This document shows, piece after piece, positions 24,650-33,359 of a stretch of DNA of 64,000 nt. Below the pieces are notes generated by a model. It had not been told where the DNA came from and did no database searches. It worked only from the letters and a program-made list of their open reading frames with translations. Position numbers and translations under genes: made by a program. How positions within the stretch are numbered: the first letter of the stretch is position 1; the number at the start of each line of letters is the position of its first letter. The DNA lies in NCBI GenBank assembly GCA_033648345.1, contig GCA_033648345.1_4121.1; one strand, given 5' to 3'. The DNA comes from a phage.

Positions 24650-24868
24650 ATGAAATTATCTAAAATCGAAAAGAAAACTATTGATGAAGCAGTTAAGCAC
24701 GGTTATACCTTTCGTAATGATTCACATTTTACCAATTATCAACAAGGGTATCGTACTATTAAAAAACTTATTGACAAAGGTTTATTAGTTGAAGTCAATA
24801 ACGGCAATGGCATTGAGTATCAACCAACACAGGACGCATTTTATTTTAAGAAATATAATATTATCTAA
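24650..24868 (+). CDS. Hypothetical protein (72 aa)
   Basis: Start moved to MKLSKIEKK after SD GGGAGAAA. Confidence 0.6.
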   Translation: MKLSKIEKKTIDEAVKHGYTFRNDSHFTNYQQGYRTIKKLIDKGLLVEVNNGNGIEYQPTQDAFYFKKYNII

Positions 24869-24898
24869 TTGACAGTACTCAAATGTTTTAGTACTATA
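24869..24898 (+). promoter_or_regulatory. Promoter (duplicated cassette, copy 2)
   Basis: TTGACA-18-TACTAT. Confidence 0.45.
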
Positions 24899-24926
24899 TG
24901 TACATACCAACACGGGGGAAAACAAA

Positions 24927-25169
24927 ATGATTACTTTAGAAAAACGTATCAAAGAAACTACATCGCTGGTGGAATTGTTAACAGTACTCAAATGTAAAAC
25001 AACACCATTCAGCACGCCGGACTTTATTAATATGGTTGATGTTAACGGTCGTTATCGCATTGCAGTAGAACATGGAACAGCGAAAGTATTCAGTACTAAA
25101 AACACTAAGGAAGTGATTCACGCGGTTAGTGTGAAAAAAGTGGTTGCCATTGATAGTAAAGTACTGTAA
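24927..25169 (+). CDS. Hypothetical protein (80 aa)
   Basis: ORF after duplicated promoter cassette. Confidence 0.6.
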   Translation: MITLEKRIKETTSLVELLTVLKCKTTPFSTPDFINMVDVNGRYRIAVEHGTAKVFSTKNTKEVIHAVSVKKVVAIDSKVL

Positions 25170-25200
25170 TATAGTTTCATTAACTCAAGGAGTAAATGCA

Positions 25201-25785
25201 ATGCGTAATTATACTAAATTCATCCGTACACTGTCAGAAATGGAAACCAACAAAGAGATCCTTTCAGCTTGTCGGTTAGCTGGCCTGGAGATCATCGGTG
25301 CTGGTTCTTCCCGTATAGTATTCGCTTTAAATGATCGGTTAGTGATTAAGGTCGCGAATTGTGATGCGGGTGTAGAACAAAATGAAACTGAATGTAAGGT
25401 ATGGAATTTTTTAGACTATGACCGCCCTCAGTTGAAACAGTACTTTGCAAAGGTGCATATGCATTTATGCGATCCTGATAATATGTTTATCGTTATGGAT
25501 CGGTTGAGTACTGCAAGCAAAGGCAGTGTGAAGCACGTTAACGCGTGCAATGAATTAAAGTACAATATTAAACGTAATGCAATCGAACGCCAGCACCGCT
25601 TTGCTGATGCACTACAACACGTTGATGATACATTATCAACACTAACGATAAGAGATATCAGAAAACAGAATATCGGCCAGGATCGTAATGGCCTTATTAA
25701 AGTACTTGATTACGGTTTAACCAGCAATATCTGGAATCAGTACTATAAAAAGCGTGATGTGGCAGCAAGTAAAGTAACACGATAA
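25201..25785 (+). CDS. Protein-kinase-like protein (Ser/Thr kinase fold motifs)
   Basis: Gly-rich loop IGAGSSRIV plus Lys VIKVA; catalytic-loop-like RDIRKQNIG; DYG in place of DFG. Start moved to MRNYTKF after SD AAGGAG. Confidence 0.5.
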   Translation: MRNYTKFIRTLSEMETNKEILSACRLAGLEIIGAGSSRIVFALNDRLVIKVANCDAGVEQNETECKVWNFLDYDRPQLKQYFAKVHMHLCDPDNMFIVMDRLSTASKGSVKHVNACNELKYNIKRNAIERQHRFADALQHVDDTLSTLTIRDIRKQNIGQDRNGLIKVLDYGLTSNIWNQYYKKRDVAASKVTR

Positions 25786-25796
25786 AAAAAGATTAA

Positions 25797-25833
25797 AAAA
25801 GGGATTGACTCCGGTCAGTCCCTTTGCTATTAT
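25797..25833 (+). terminator. Terminator hairpin with embedded promoter-like TTGACT
   Basis: Same element as 22519. Confidence 0.7.
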
Positions 25834-25925
25834 ATATTCATTGAGAGATAACTCACTGACCCATAGGGTGCGGAAGTGTATCTATTATATAAGCATTCAG
25901 TACTGAAAACTATTTTAAAAAAGTA

Positions 25926-25954
25926 CTTGCATTGTACTTAGAATCAAGTATAAT
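25926..25954 (+). promoter_or_regulatory. Class-I early promoter
   Basis: TTGCAT-17-TATAAT. Confidence 0.6.
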
Positions 25955-26008
25955 GTTTTATATCGAGAGGGGGAAATGGTTCTCCCTGGTACATTAAGGA
26001 ATAAAATC

Positions 26009-26416
26009 ATGACTACTACTAATCAAGCTCGGTCCATCGCCAACGATAAAAATCATGCTGCAATGGTCGCTGGTTACATTGAAGCTATGCAATTCAGTAC
26101 TGTACACAATGAGAACGGCGAATACCTGGAAGATTATGAATTATCAGAGCAAGCCCATCAAGCGGCAGTGATTGCATGTTCACGTTTCCTTGCTGTACAT
26201 GGTGAAGATATGGAAACAGTACAAAAACACCATAATCCTGATTATACTTATAGTCATGCAGGTCATGATCTCTTTCTTACTCGCGAAGGTCACGGCACTG
26301 GTTTTTGGGATCGTGATATCGGTCACTATGATGATATATTCACTAAGTACTGCGAAGAAATCAACGTTTGCGATCCCTATGTAGGCGATGATAATCTAAT
26401 CTATATGGGCGAATAA
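26009..26416 (+). CDS. Hypothetical His-rich protein (135 aa)
   Basis: Start moved to MTTTNQ after hairpin and SD AAGGAA. Confidence 0.65.
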   Translation: MTTTNQARSIANDKNHAAMVAGYIEAMQFSTVHNENGEYLEDYELSEQAHQAAVIACSRFLAVHGEDMETVQKHHNPDYTYSHAGHDLFLTREGHGTGFWDRDIGHYDDIFTKYCEEINVCDPYVGDDNLIYMGE

Positions 26417-26422
26417 AAGTAT

Positions 26423-26450
26423 TTGACAAAGTATATCAGTACTGTATAAT
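26423..26450 (+). promoter_or_regulatory. Class-II early promoter
   Basis: TTGACA-16-TATAAT. Confidence 0.6.
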
Positions 26451-26504
26451 AGTTTACATCAAGGGGAGAATAGTTCTCCCCCACCAATAAAAGGAAACAA
26501 AATT

Positions 26505-26777
26505 ATGTCCAGCTACTCCGCTACTATGATCATTAAAGATATGAACGGTAATCCTACTTCTGCTGGTGGATCATTTGGAAACATTAATTTAGATGGTCGG
26601 TTATCCATGCAATCAGCCATCGATGCAGCGAAAGAAGTTTTTAAGAATGAATGTACTGTAAGTAAGCTGGATTATATGGGATTCGCTATCGAAAAAACTA
26701 ATCGTTTTGTGAACTACAAAAATCCACTGATGATCGATACTAACCTGAAAGCAAACGAAGTGGGGTACTTATTATGA
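26505..26777 (+). CDS. Hypothetical protein (90 aa)
   Basis: ORF after hairpin GGGGAGAATAGTTCTCCCCC. Confidence 0.65.
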   Translation: MSSYSATMIIKDMNGNPTSAGGSFGNINLDGRLSMQSAIDAAKEVFKNECTVSKLDYMGFAIEKTNRFVNYKNPLMIDTNLKANEVGYLL

Positions 26778-26965
26778 CAGTTGAAGAAGTTAAAAAAGTA
26801 CTGGCAGTACTACGCTATCATAATCATTGCAAGGTGAAGAATGATCCTGATTATCTCGATTCATCCCTGGAAGAGGATACACTACAAGCAATAAGCCATA
26901 TGCAAAAAATGCTTAAGCGTATGACCGAAAAGAATAGGCCGGACTATATCGGAAATAAAATTTAA
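26774..26965 (+). CDS. Hypothetical protein (63 aa)
   Basis: ATGA-coupled ORF. Confidence 0.55.
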   Translation: MTVEEVKKVLAVLRYHNHCKVKNDPDYLDSSLEEDTLQAISHMQKMLKRMTEKNRPDYIGNKI

Positions 26966-26972
26966 AAAGTAC

Positions 26973-27000
26973 TTGCATTGTAGTTAGATTAACGTATAAT
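26973..27000 (+). promoter_or_regulatory. Class-I early promoter
   Basis: TTGCAT-16-TATAAT. Confidence 0.6.
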
Positions 27001-27052
27001 GTTTTATATCGAGAGGGGGAAATGGTTTCCCCTCAAGTCCAGGAGATACACC

Positions 27053-27316
27053 ATGAACACTATCGAAATCACTATCAATGCACACGTATACGACAACGTA
27101 GTACTGCAAACTACTATGACCGCTAATGATACCAGTACTTTGCGGAATACTGTTATTAGTGCCGTATGTGCTGCAATCGGTGATGTATCCCTGGAAAATG
27201 CAGAACATATCAACAACGGTTTCACTATGTGCAAGCGTGATAACGCAAAACATATCATCGTGGAAGGTTACGGCGGTGTAGAATTTAATGTTTATATGAA
27301 AAAAGTACTTGCATAA
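27053..27316 (+). CDS. Hypothetical protein (87 aa)
   Basis: Start moved to MNTIEIT after hairpin GAGGGGGAAATGGTTTCCCCTC and SD AGGAGA. Confidence 0.65.
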   Translation: MNTIEITINAHVYDNVVLQTTMTANDTSTLRNTVISAVCAAIGDVSLENAEHINNGFTMCKRDNAKHIIVEGYGGVEFNVYMKKVLA

Positions 27317-27335
27317 TAACTAAAACAAAGTATAA
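27308..27335 (+). promoter_or_regulatory. Class-I early promoter
   Basis: TTGCAT-16-TATAAT. Confidence 0.55.
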
Positions 27336-27383
27336 TGTTTTGCATAGGGGGAGATATCCTCCCCCACTAAAAGGAGTAATAAA

Positions 27384-27608
27384 ATGGCTAACTTTGATGA
27401 ACTGATGCGGGAAGTAGCTAACCTGGCAGAAGAGAAGAAATCATTCGATTCTATCTATAACACCGCTCACCGTGATTCAGTACTGGCATGTAACCAGGAT
27501 CAAAAAGATGAACTAATCGCCACCTATCATGAAGCATGGAAGTACTACCGACAATGGGAGAAAGAAGAAAGTGAGTCTACCATTGACGGCCTCAATAATC
27601 TAATCTAA
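27384..27608 (+). CDS. Hypothetical acidic protein (74 aa)
   Basis: ORF after hairpin GGGGGAGATATCCTCCCCC and SD AAGGAG. Confidence 0.65.
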   Translation: MANFDELMREVANLAEEKKSFDSIYNTAHRDSVLACNQDQKDELIATYHEAWKYYRQWEKEESESTIDGLNNLI

Positions 27609-27684
27609 AAGTTTTATTTCAGTACTATTGACATAGCTTGATAGTACTGATGTAATAACTTTACTAACTACAAGGGGAAACATA

Positions 27685-27942
27685 ATGGAACAGTTCACAC
27701 AATATCGGGTAAATCCACAAGCTATGGCCTACGTAGAAGACCATAAAACGTTACCAGTACTGCAACCAGTTAAAGGCCGTATCTATCGTGGCCTTGCCTG
27801 GGATACGGCCCAGGATGGATATAAAACCGTCGCCGTGGGGATGTATTGCGGGAATGGTGAATGGTTTGATCCTAGCAATCCGATTGCACTTGACAGTACT
27901 GAAAAAATGAAATGGGCCGACTACATCGAAGATATTTCATAA
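27685..27942 (+). CDS. Hypothetical protein (85 aa)
   Basis: ORF with upstream TTGACA promoter-like element. Confidence 0.6.
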   Translation: MEQFTQYRVNPQAMAYVEDHKTLPVLQPVKGRIYRGLAWDTAQDGYKTVAVGMYCGNGEWFDPSNPIALDSTEKMKWADYIEDIS

Positions 27943-27949
27943 AAACTAT

Positions 27950-27977
27950 TTGACAGTACTAACCAGTAATGTATAAT
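27950..27977 (+). promoter_or_regulatory. Class-II early promoter
   Basis: TTGACA-16-TATAAT. Confidence 0.6.
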
Positions 27978-28032
27978 GTTTTACATAGAGCGGGGGAATA
28001 GTTCTCCCGCCAATAGTTTGGAGTTAAACATT

Positions 28033-28233
28033 ATGTCTATCGCTATCGCCCTGGTTGAAGTACTGAAAGAAGCTAAAGCCAACCAGATCGACGTAAAGAT
28101 CCAGGAACTACAAAACGGCTTAATCGGCTGTACTTGTACCGCTGGTGGAGCGGCAGACTATCGAGAACACGAATCACTCGAATCACTGGTTCGGTATCTT
28201 ACCATGATCGTTGATGATTGGAGAATCATCTAA
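28033..28233 (+). CDS. Hypothetical protein (66 aa)
   Basis: Start moved to MSIAIALVEV after hairpin GCGGGGGAATAGTTCTCCCGC and SD GGAG. Confidence 0.6.
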   Translation: MSIAIALVEVLKEAKANQIDVKIQELQNGLIGCTCTAGGAADYREHESLESLVRYLTMIVDDWRII

Positions 28234-28247
28234 CAAAAAAAGAATAA

Positions 28248-28284
28248 AAAAGGGATTGACTCCGGTCAGTCCCTTTGCTATTAT
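28248..28284 (+). terminator. Terminator hairpin with embedded promoter-like TTGACT
   Basis: Same element as 22519. Confidence 0.7.
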
Positions 28285-28480
28285 ATACGCATAGACAAAA
28301 ACTAGCCCACAGGGTGCATAGGTGTATCTAAAATATATAGTTAATAACGGTGAGTAACTATCTGCTGGTGGAGTGAAAACTATTAATAAAAAAAACTATT
28401 GACAAAGTATATCAGTACTGCAATAATGTATCTCGTAGGGCGGCAATGGTGCGACGGCCCACAAAGTTAGGAGATTCAAA

Positions 28481-28813
28481 ATGAGTACTTCAATCGCTAT
28501 CGTTAAAGCTTTCATCCGTACCAATGTTTCATCTGTATTCATCGACGGTCTGGATCGGGAAGTAGAATACTCAATCATTATCGCACAGACTGCAAACGGT
28601 GCTCGGTATATCCTTAATAATAGTGAAGCAAATCACTACTACTTCACTAAAGCTACTGGCTTTAAACGCATCGATGCTGACGTAGTATACACTAAGATGA
28701 ATAAGCTGGTAGACAAGATTAACGCGAAAGGTACTATCGATTTACAGTACTGGACCGAAACCGATCCAGAATATGGATCTCACCGCTACCTGAATCCAGG
28801 TATTAAAATGTAA
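28481..28813 (+). CDS. Hypothetical protein (110 aa)
   Basis: ORF with SD AGGAGA. Confidence 0.65.
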   Translation: MSTSIAIVKAFIRTNVSSVFIDGLDREVEYSIIIAQTANGARYILNNSEANHYYFTKATGFKRIDADVVYTKMNKLVDKINAKGTIDLQYWTETDPEYGSHRYLNPGIKM

Positions 28814-28820
28814 AAAGTAC

Positions 28821-28848
28821 TTGCATAGTACTTAGATTCATGTATAAT
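28821..28848 (+). promoter_or_regulatory. Class-I early promoter
   Basis: TTGCAT-16-TATAAT. Confidence 0.6.
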
Positions 28849-28902
28849 GTTTTACATAGAGAGGGGGAAATGGTTCTCCCTCCTAAATTAAGGAGTTTTA
28901 TC

Positions 28903-29304
28903 ATGACCTTCTCAATCACTTCCTTCGCTGACGTTTTAGTACTGGCTCGGACTTTTGGTAAAGCTGGCCTTGAGCACGCTGTAAGTAATGGTCATATGCA
29001 CCCTGAATATTGCCGCATCATTGGAAGCTGTAAACGTTGGGCTGTGTCCCGTAACATTGAGATTGAAAACTTCAATGACGGTAACAACGAATATACAGTT
29101 GATGCAGTATTCGAAGTCGTTGATCTCGGCGGTATCTATAACACTAACCTGAATGATGTGCGTATCGTTCGCACGGGGTTCGGTGCTTATGATGTATCTA
29201 TCCGTGAAGCTATGGACAAGGGATACATTAGCAAGGACCAGTTAGCTTACATCATGCAGCAAACTAAGGAACGTAACGAAGCACGCACTATCTTAGGACT
29301 GTAA
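28903..29304 (+). CDS. Hypothetical protein (133 aa)
   Basis: Start moved to MTFSITSF after hairpin and SD AAGGAG. Confidence 0.65.
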   Translation: MTFSITSFADVLVLARTFGKAGLEHAVSNGHMHPEYCRIIGSCKRWAVSRNIEIENFNDGNNEYTVDAVFEVVDLGGIYNTNLNDVRIVRTGFGAYDVSIREAMDKGYISKDQLAYIMQQTKERNEARTILGL

Positions 29305-29372
29305 GCGTTACACATCACCAAACATCATAGGCCGCCTTGTAGCGGCCTTAACTATATCAGGAGGGCATACAT

Positions 29373-29582
29373 ATGTTCTATACAGTATACAGCGTTCTAG
29401 GTACTATTGCAGGCGTACATGATAACGTCAATGATGCTATGCGTACAGTACTGCAACAGGTTCCACTAAAGCCTAAGACCATTAAGCAGATGACAGCACG
29501 ACTAACCAGGGCGACGGCTGGCGTGGAAGTATGGCAGGACTATGGGGATACACAGATAATCGTAAGCGTAACGAAGGATTAA
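29373..29582 (+). CDS. Hypothetical protein (69 aa)
   Basis: ORF with SD AGGAGGG. Confidence 0.6.
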   Translation: MFYTVYSVLGTIAGVHDNVNDAMRTVLQQVPLKPKTIKQMTARLTRATAGVEVWQDYGDTQIIVSVTKD

Positions 29583-29865
29583 TGCGTAAAAGGATTTAGT
29601 ACTGAATCATAAAAAAGTCAAGGCATTTTTAAACTTCAGCGTTAAAAAAATGCATAGGTAATCCCTTGACTTTTATGAATAAAAAGGGATTGGACTATGG
29701 CAAAATGCGTAGGGGGCTTAACTGCGGGTAACCTTAGCGACTTCGAAAAAAGGAGTGATAGGGGCTTGACTTTTTATATAATTCTGATAATATATAGTCT
29801 ATATTATATTTCATTCATATTTTATATGTTAGTTACATTAACTCAACATTAGAGGTCACAGAACT

Positions 29866-30231
29866 ATGAATCCATCATCTAATAAATGTGGTACTTCCTT
29901 TAATGTAGAATGGTTATTTTTTAAACCCACATCTACTATAAAATCATTCATTGCTGATATCACTGAAGCACCTGACACCCTTGTATCAGTTGTTAACAAC
30001 AATAACGAAATGGTATTTTCTATTGATGAAAATCAATATGCAGATATCTATTCATTGAGTCGTATAAAAAACTTAGTTGTACTGTCCGAGAAAGCGTTCG
30101 CAAAAGAAGCGAAGAAATGGGATTTTAAACTTCCTATTGAATTGGTACGTGAAATACAAAAATTGGGATGTACTACTATTGAGAATTGTAAAGACTCACG
30201 TGCTACTGGGAATATTTCATTTGAAGTATAA
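29866..30231 (+). CDS. Hypothetical AT-rich protein (121 aa)
   Basis: Track ORF; SD AGAGG; first gene of the AT-rich right-hand zone. Confidence 0.55.
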   Translation: MNPSSNKCGTSFNVEWLFFKPTSTIKSFIADITEAPDTLVSVVNNNNEMVFSIDENQYADIYSLSRIKNLVVLSEKAFAKEAKKWDFKLPIELVREIQKLGCTTIENCKDSRATGNISFEV

Positions 30232-30317
30232 TGCATTTATATGAACAAAACATCTTGACATCATGCCTCACATGGGGTATGATGTTTTTTCACATATGAA
30301 CCTATGGATTTTATCCT

Positions 30318-30515
30318 ATGCGTATTTTAACTAAAGAACAGCACCACGAAAGACTTATCAATAACATGGCTATGATAATGTATAAGTCCCATGACCGTGG
30401 TATTGCATATAAGCGTGAATTGGTTATGGCACTATTCATTGGAACTAACTTTCAGGAAAGGTATGTCAAGGATTGGATTTGGTATTTAATTGAAGATATA
30501 ACGAGTAAACTATGA
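30318..30515 (+). CDS. FamB small paralog
   Basis: C-terminal IGTNFQERYVKDWIWYLIEDI. Confidence 0.65.
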   Translation: MRILTKEQHHERLINNMAMIMYKSHDRGIAYKRELVMALFIGTNFQERYVKDWIWYLIEDITSKL

Positions 30516-30712
30516 AAATGCGTATTTTAAATAAAGAAGAATATCAATCACTGTTACGTAAAAACTACGTAAAGATTTACAACACAGACACACACGTAGA
30601 ACGAATGGAGTTATACCTTTTGATTACATTGGGAACAAACTATCAGGGTAGATGGGTGTGGCAATATATGGATACATTGAAAAATAAAATATTGTCCACG
30701 AGGAAACAATGA
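30512..30712 (+). CDS. FamB small paralog
   Basis: LGTNYQGRWV; ATGA overlap. Confidence 0.65.
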   Translation: MKMRILNKEEYQSLLRKNYVKIYNTDTHVERMELYLLITLGTNYQGRWVWQYMDTLKNKILSTRKQ

Positions 30713-30918
30713 AAACTATAACACGAACCCAATCATTAGGTCTTATCTTGAAATACATGGACTTAATGTTGGATATCAGCAAAGACCTTCCTAAAACTGA
30801 AATCCAAGTTGCAAGAGCAGAGATCCGCATGTTAGCTGTACTGAACACAAACCATCAGGAAGAGTATGTTGACGATTGGATTCGATTTTTAATAGAAGAT
30901 ATTAAGAGTAAACTATGA
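30709..30918 (+). CDS. FamB small paralog
   Basis: LNTNHQEEYVDDWIRFLIEDI. Confidence 0.65.
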   Translation: MKTITRTQSLGLILKYMDLMLDISKDLPKTEIQVARAEIRMLAVLNTNHQEEYVDDWIRFLIEDIKSKL

Positions 30919-31130
30919 ATATCATTACAAACTCAAATCAATATACCGAACGCGTCGCTGCCAGACAACTTGAAATTCTCATAGTATATGAAGAGACTGA
31001 TGATTTGAACTTAGCATTAGTATTGGAAAATGATATACTATTGGGTGCATTCCTCGGCACAGATTATCAGGAGCACTTCTTGAATGAGTATATAATTGCA
31101 CTCCAGAAATACATTAAGAGCAAACTATGA
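30915..31130 (+). CDS. FamB small paralog
   Basis: LGTDYQEHFL. Confidence 0.65.
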   Translation: MNIITNSNQYTERVAARQLEILIVYEETDDLNLALVLENDILLGAFLGTDYQEHFLNEYIIALQKYIKSKL

Positions 31131-31345
31131 AACATTTAAGTAACTCCGAGAAGAATAAAATTATCATTGCTGCAATAAACAAATATTTTACACTTCCTCA
31201 CACAGAAGGTTTATGTGTAAGGGAACACAGGATAAACACCACCGATATACGCATGATGGCTGTACTGGGGACGAACTTTCAGGAAGAGTATGTTGTTGCA
31301 CACATAGTTGCCCTCACTGATCTAATAAGGGACAAATGCAAATGA
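31127..31345 (+). CDS. FamB small paralog
   Basis: LGTNFQEEYV. Confidence 0.65.
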   Translation: MKHLSNSEKNKIIIAAINKYFTLPHTEGLCVREHRINTTDIRMMAVLGTNFQEEYVVAHIVALTDLIRDKCK

Positions 31346-31560
31346 AAGACATAAACACTCAAGAATATCTTAAACGATTAGAACAAGGGAAGAACTTTAG
31401 ACTTCAAGTTTACGATGATGAATCACTAACATCCAATGAAAAGTATGTTATACTAACAGACTCAACATTAATACCATTTGTAGGAACAAACTATCAGGAG
31501 GTTATGGTAGACAACCACATCACGGCCTTAAAATGTCATGTCAGGGATTTAGGTAAATGA
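31336..31560 (+). CDS. FamB small paralog
   Basis: VGTNYQEVMV. Confidence 0.65.
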   Translation: MQMKDINTQEYLKRLEQGKNFRLQVYDDESLTSNEKYVILTDSTLIPFVGTNYQEVMVDNHITALKCHVRDLGK

Positions 31561-31814
31561 GACGCTTAACACAAGATGAATATGAAACTATAGTTCGTAA
31601 ACTAACCCCCGTCGCCAGTATAGTCTACGATGACCCCAGCCTTACATGGAACCAAATGCGAGCTAAAGTTAATGAGCTATGGTTGCTGTACTTTATGGGG
31701 ACTCAATATCAAGATAAGTTTTGCACAGAATATGTCGAACAATTAATGAATGTTATACAGGATAAACTAGATGATTATTGGCTCACAAAACATGAAGACT
31801 TTATCAGGAGTTGA
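31557..31814 (+). CDS. FamB small paralog
   Basis: MGTQYQDKFC. Confidence 0.65.
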   Translation: MRRLTQDEYETIVRKLTPVASIVYDDPSLTWNQMRAKVNELWLLYFMGTQYQDKFCTEYVEQLMNVIQDKLDDYWLTKHEDFIRS

Positions 31815-32043
31815 GTATCAAACTGCCCTATTCTCTTTAATCCATACCCTTAGAAAAAACAATGCCTTACATGGTGCACCTGAAGTGGATGTTATCAACG
31901 GTGAACTTTATCTTATGAAATTCATTGGAACAAACTATCAAGATCTGTTCATTCAACGATACTTGGCAGCATTAAGAAACCAAATCCAATATAAAACCCA
32001 GAGAGCCAAAAAAGAATGGAATAAACAATGCGACAAAGAATGA
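31792..32043 (+). CDS. FamB small paralog
   Basis: IGTNYQDLFI; start uncertain (track 31771). Confidence 0.55.
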   Translation: MKTLSGVEYQTALFSLIHTLRKNNALHGAPEVDVINGELYLMKFIGTNYQDLFIQRYLAALRNQIQYKTQRAKKEWNKQCDKE

Positions 32044-32279
32044 ACCACAAAATGTATTGTAAACTATTGCAGACACTGGCACAGAAACACTATGACACGG
32101 TATCTGAAATATTACCCTATGATATCATGCGTTTACTTCACTGTGAGGCCGAGATGCTTGTACTGATGACAGGCACTGATAAAAAAGCAATTGCCAAATC
32201 AATAGATATGTTCATCGAAGCACAATGTCAACACATTAGAACCGAGATATGGAGACGAGAGAATGATAACACTAAATGA
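32028..32279 (+). CDS. FamB-like small paralog (divergent)
   Basis: TGTDKKAIAKSIDMFIE variant of the motif. Confidence 0.5.
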   Translation: MRQRMNHKMYCKLLQTLAQKHYDTVSEILPYDIMRLLHCEAEMLVLMTGTDKKAIAKSIDMFIEAQCQHIRTEIWRRENDNTK

Positions 32280-32478
32280 GTTTCAGTATCATTGGAGGTT
32301 ACAAGCTATAAGAAGGAAAGTTGTTAGTATTTCTTTAGACAAGTCTATTGCACAAGAGGACAAATGTGTTATAATAGCTGAAATGAAGTTGGGTGTATTC
32401 GTAGGAACAAACTATCAAAACATCTACACTGACGTATTGTTAAGTGCCTTACGTAACAAGGTGATATCAAAAGAATGA
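32263..32478 (+). CDS. FamB small paralog
   Basis: VGTNYQNIYT. Confidence 0.65.
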   Translation: MITLNEFQYHWRLQAIRRKVVSISLDKSIAQEDKCVIIAEMKLGVFVGTNYQNIYTDVLLSALRNKVISKE

Positions 32479-32693
32479 GAAAATTAATAGGTTACGAATA
32501 TGTTAAGCTTCTGAAAACATGTGCCAACAGAAGAGTAAAGATTCAATCTGATAAGAGCATCCCTGCCAACCTAAAACATGCAATGGTAGCTGAACTCTAT
32601 GCAGGGGCACTCATAGGAACAAACTATCAACAAATGTATATAGACATGTGGGTTGATGCATTAGTCAAGGTGATCCAAAGTAAATGCAAATGA
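32475..32693 (+). CDS. FamB small paralog
   Basis: IGTNYQQMYI. Confidence 0.65.
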   Translation: MRKLIGYEYVKLLKTCANRRVKIQSDKSIPANLKHAMVAELYAGALIGTNYQQMYIDMWVDALVKVIQSKCK

Positions 32694-32932
32694 TTAATTT
32701 AAGTAAATCTGAATATAAAGAACGCCAAGCAAAAATCTTACCTAAACTTAATGAAATCCATTTCGGTGAAGTAAACAAACACGAAAATAAGATGATTATG
32801 AAGCGTGAGACAAAGCTATGTGCATTCTTAGGAACTAACTATCAGGAGTATTATGTAGAGGAATATATAATTACACTTAAGAAATACATTGGGAGTAAAC
32901 TAAGTAAATGTACGAGAAATGCAAATGATTAA
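32684..32932 (+). CDS. FamB small paralog
   Basis: LGTNYQEYYV; MQMINLSK N-terminus. Confidence 0.65.
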   Translation: MQMINLSKSEYKERQAKILPKLNEIHFGEVNKHENKMIMKRETKLCAFLGTNYQEYYVEEYIITLKKYIGSKLSKCTRNAND

Positions 32933-33137
32933 TTTAAGTAAAGATGAATATTATGATCGTCTTGCAAAAACTTATCCAGCACGTAACGCCGTTTATAATA
33001 GTAACATTATTGAACGCTCAAAGAAGTTGATTGTAGTAAATGAGATTAAGATGCTTTCAGTCTTAGGAACAAACTATCAAGAGAATGCTGTACTGTTGTT
33101 AATTGATGCCCTCAAGAGAGAGATACAAAGTAAATGA
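32919..33137 (+). CDS. FamB small paralog
   Basis: LGTNYQENAV; MQMINLSK N-terminus. Confidence 0.65.
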   Translation: MQMINLSKDEYYDRLAKTYPARNAVYNSNIIERSKKLIVVNEIKMLSVLGTNYQENAVLLLIDALKREIQSK

Positions 33138-33358
33138 TTAATTTATCTTTCCATGAATATCAAAAACGTTTAAATGCATCCAGAGATATAAGGATTCAAA
33201 TATTCAATAACAAAAGATTGAAGCCTGATATCAGAAAAATCAAAATTATAGAAGCAGAGTTATGCAACTTTCTAGGGACCAACTATCAGGCAGGTAAGGT
33301 AAAAAACTATCTTAGAGAACTAATGAATAGTATTGAAAATAAATGCGAGGGTAATTAA
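33134..33358 (+). CDS. FamB small paralog
   Basis: LGTNYQAGKV. Confidence 0.65.
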   Translation: MINLSFHEYQKRLNASRDIRIQIFNNKRLKPDIRKIKIIEAELCNFLGTNYQAGKVKNYLRELMNSIENKCEGN

Positions 33359-33359
33359 C

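Noticed and set aside
26172-26384. Plus-strand ORF 26172..26384 and similar internal-frame ORFs (40032..40400, 46848..47093, 52758..53024, 53108..53329, 38177..38401)
   Set aside because: They are alternative-frame ORFs nested inside longer, better-supported genes.
10025-28233. Many track ORFs in the early block begin MFYIE.G, MVLPG or similar
   Set aside because: These start at the ATG inside the promoter -10 and initial transcribed sequence (TATAATGTTTTACATCGAG) and read through the 5'UTR hairpin. The genuine start is the Met after the Shine-Dalgarno.
10000-29000. Possible CRISPR array, given the recurring GGGGAGAAATGGTTCTCCCC-type palindromes
   Set aside because: Spacing is irregular (300-900 bp), each copy lies in a 5'UTR in front of a protein-coding gene, the copies are not identical, and there are no cas genes.
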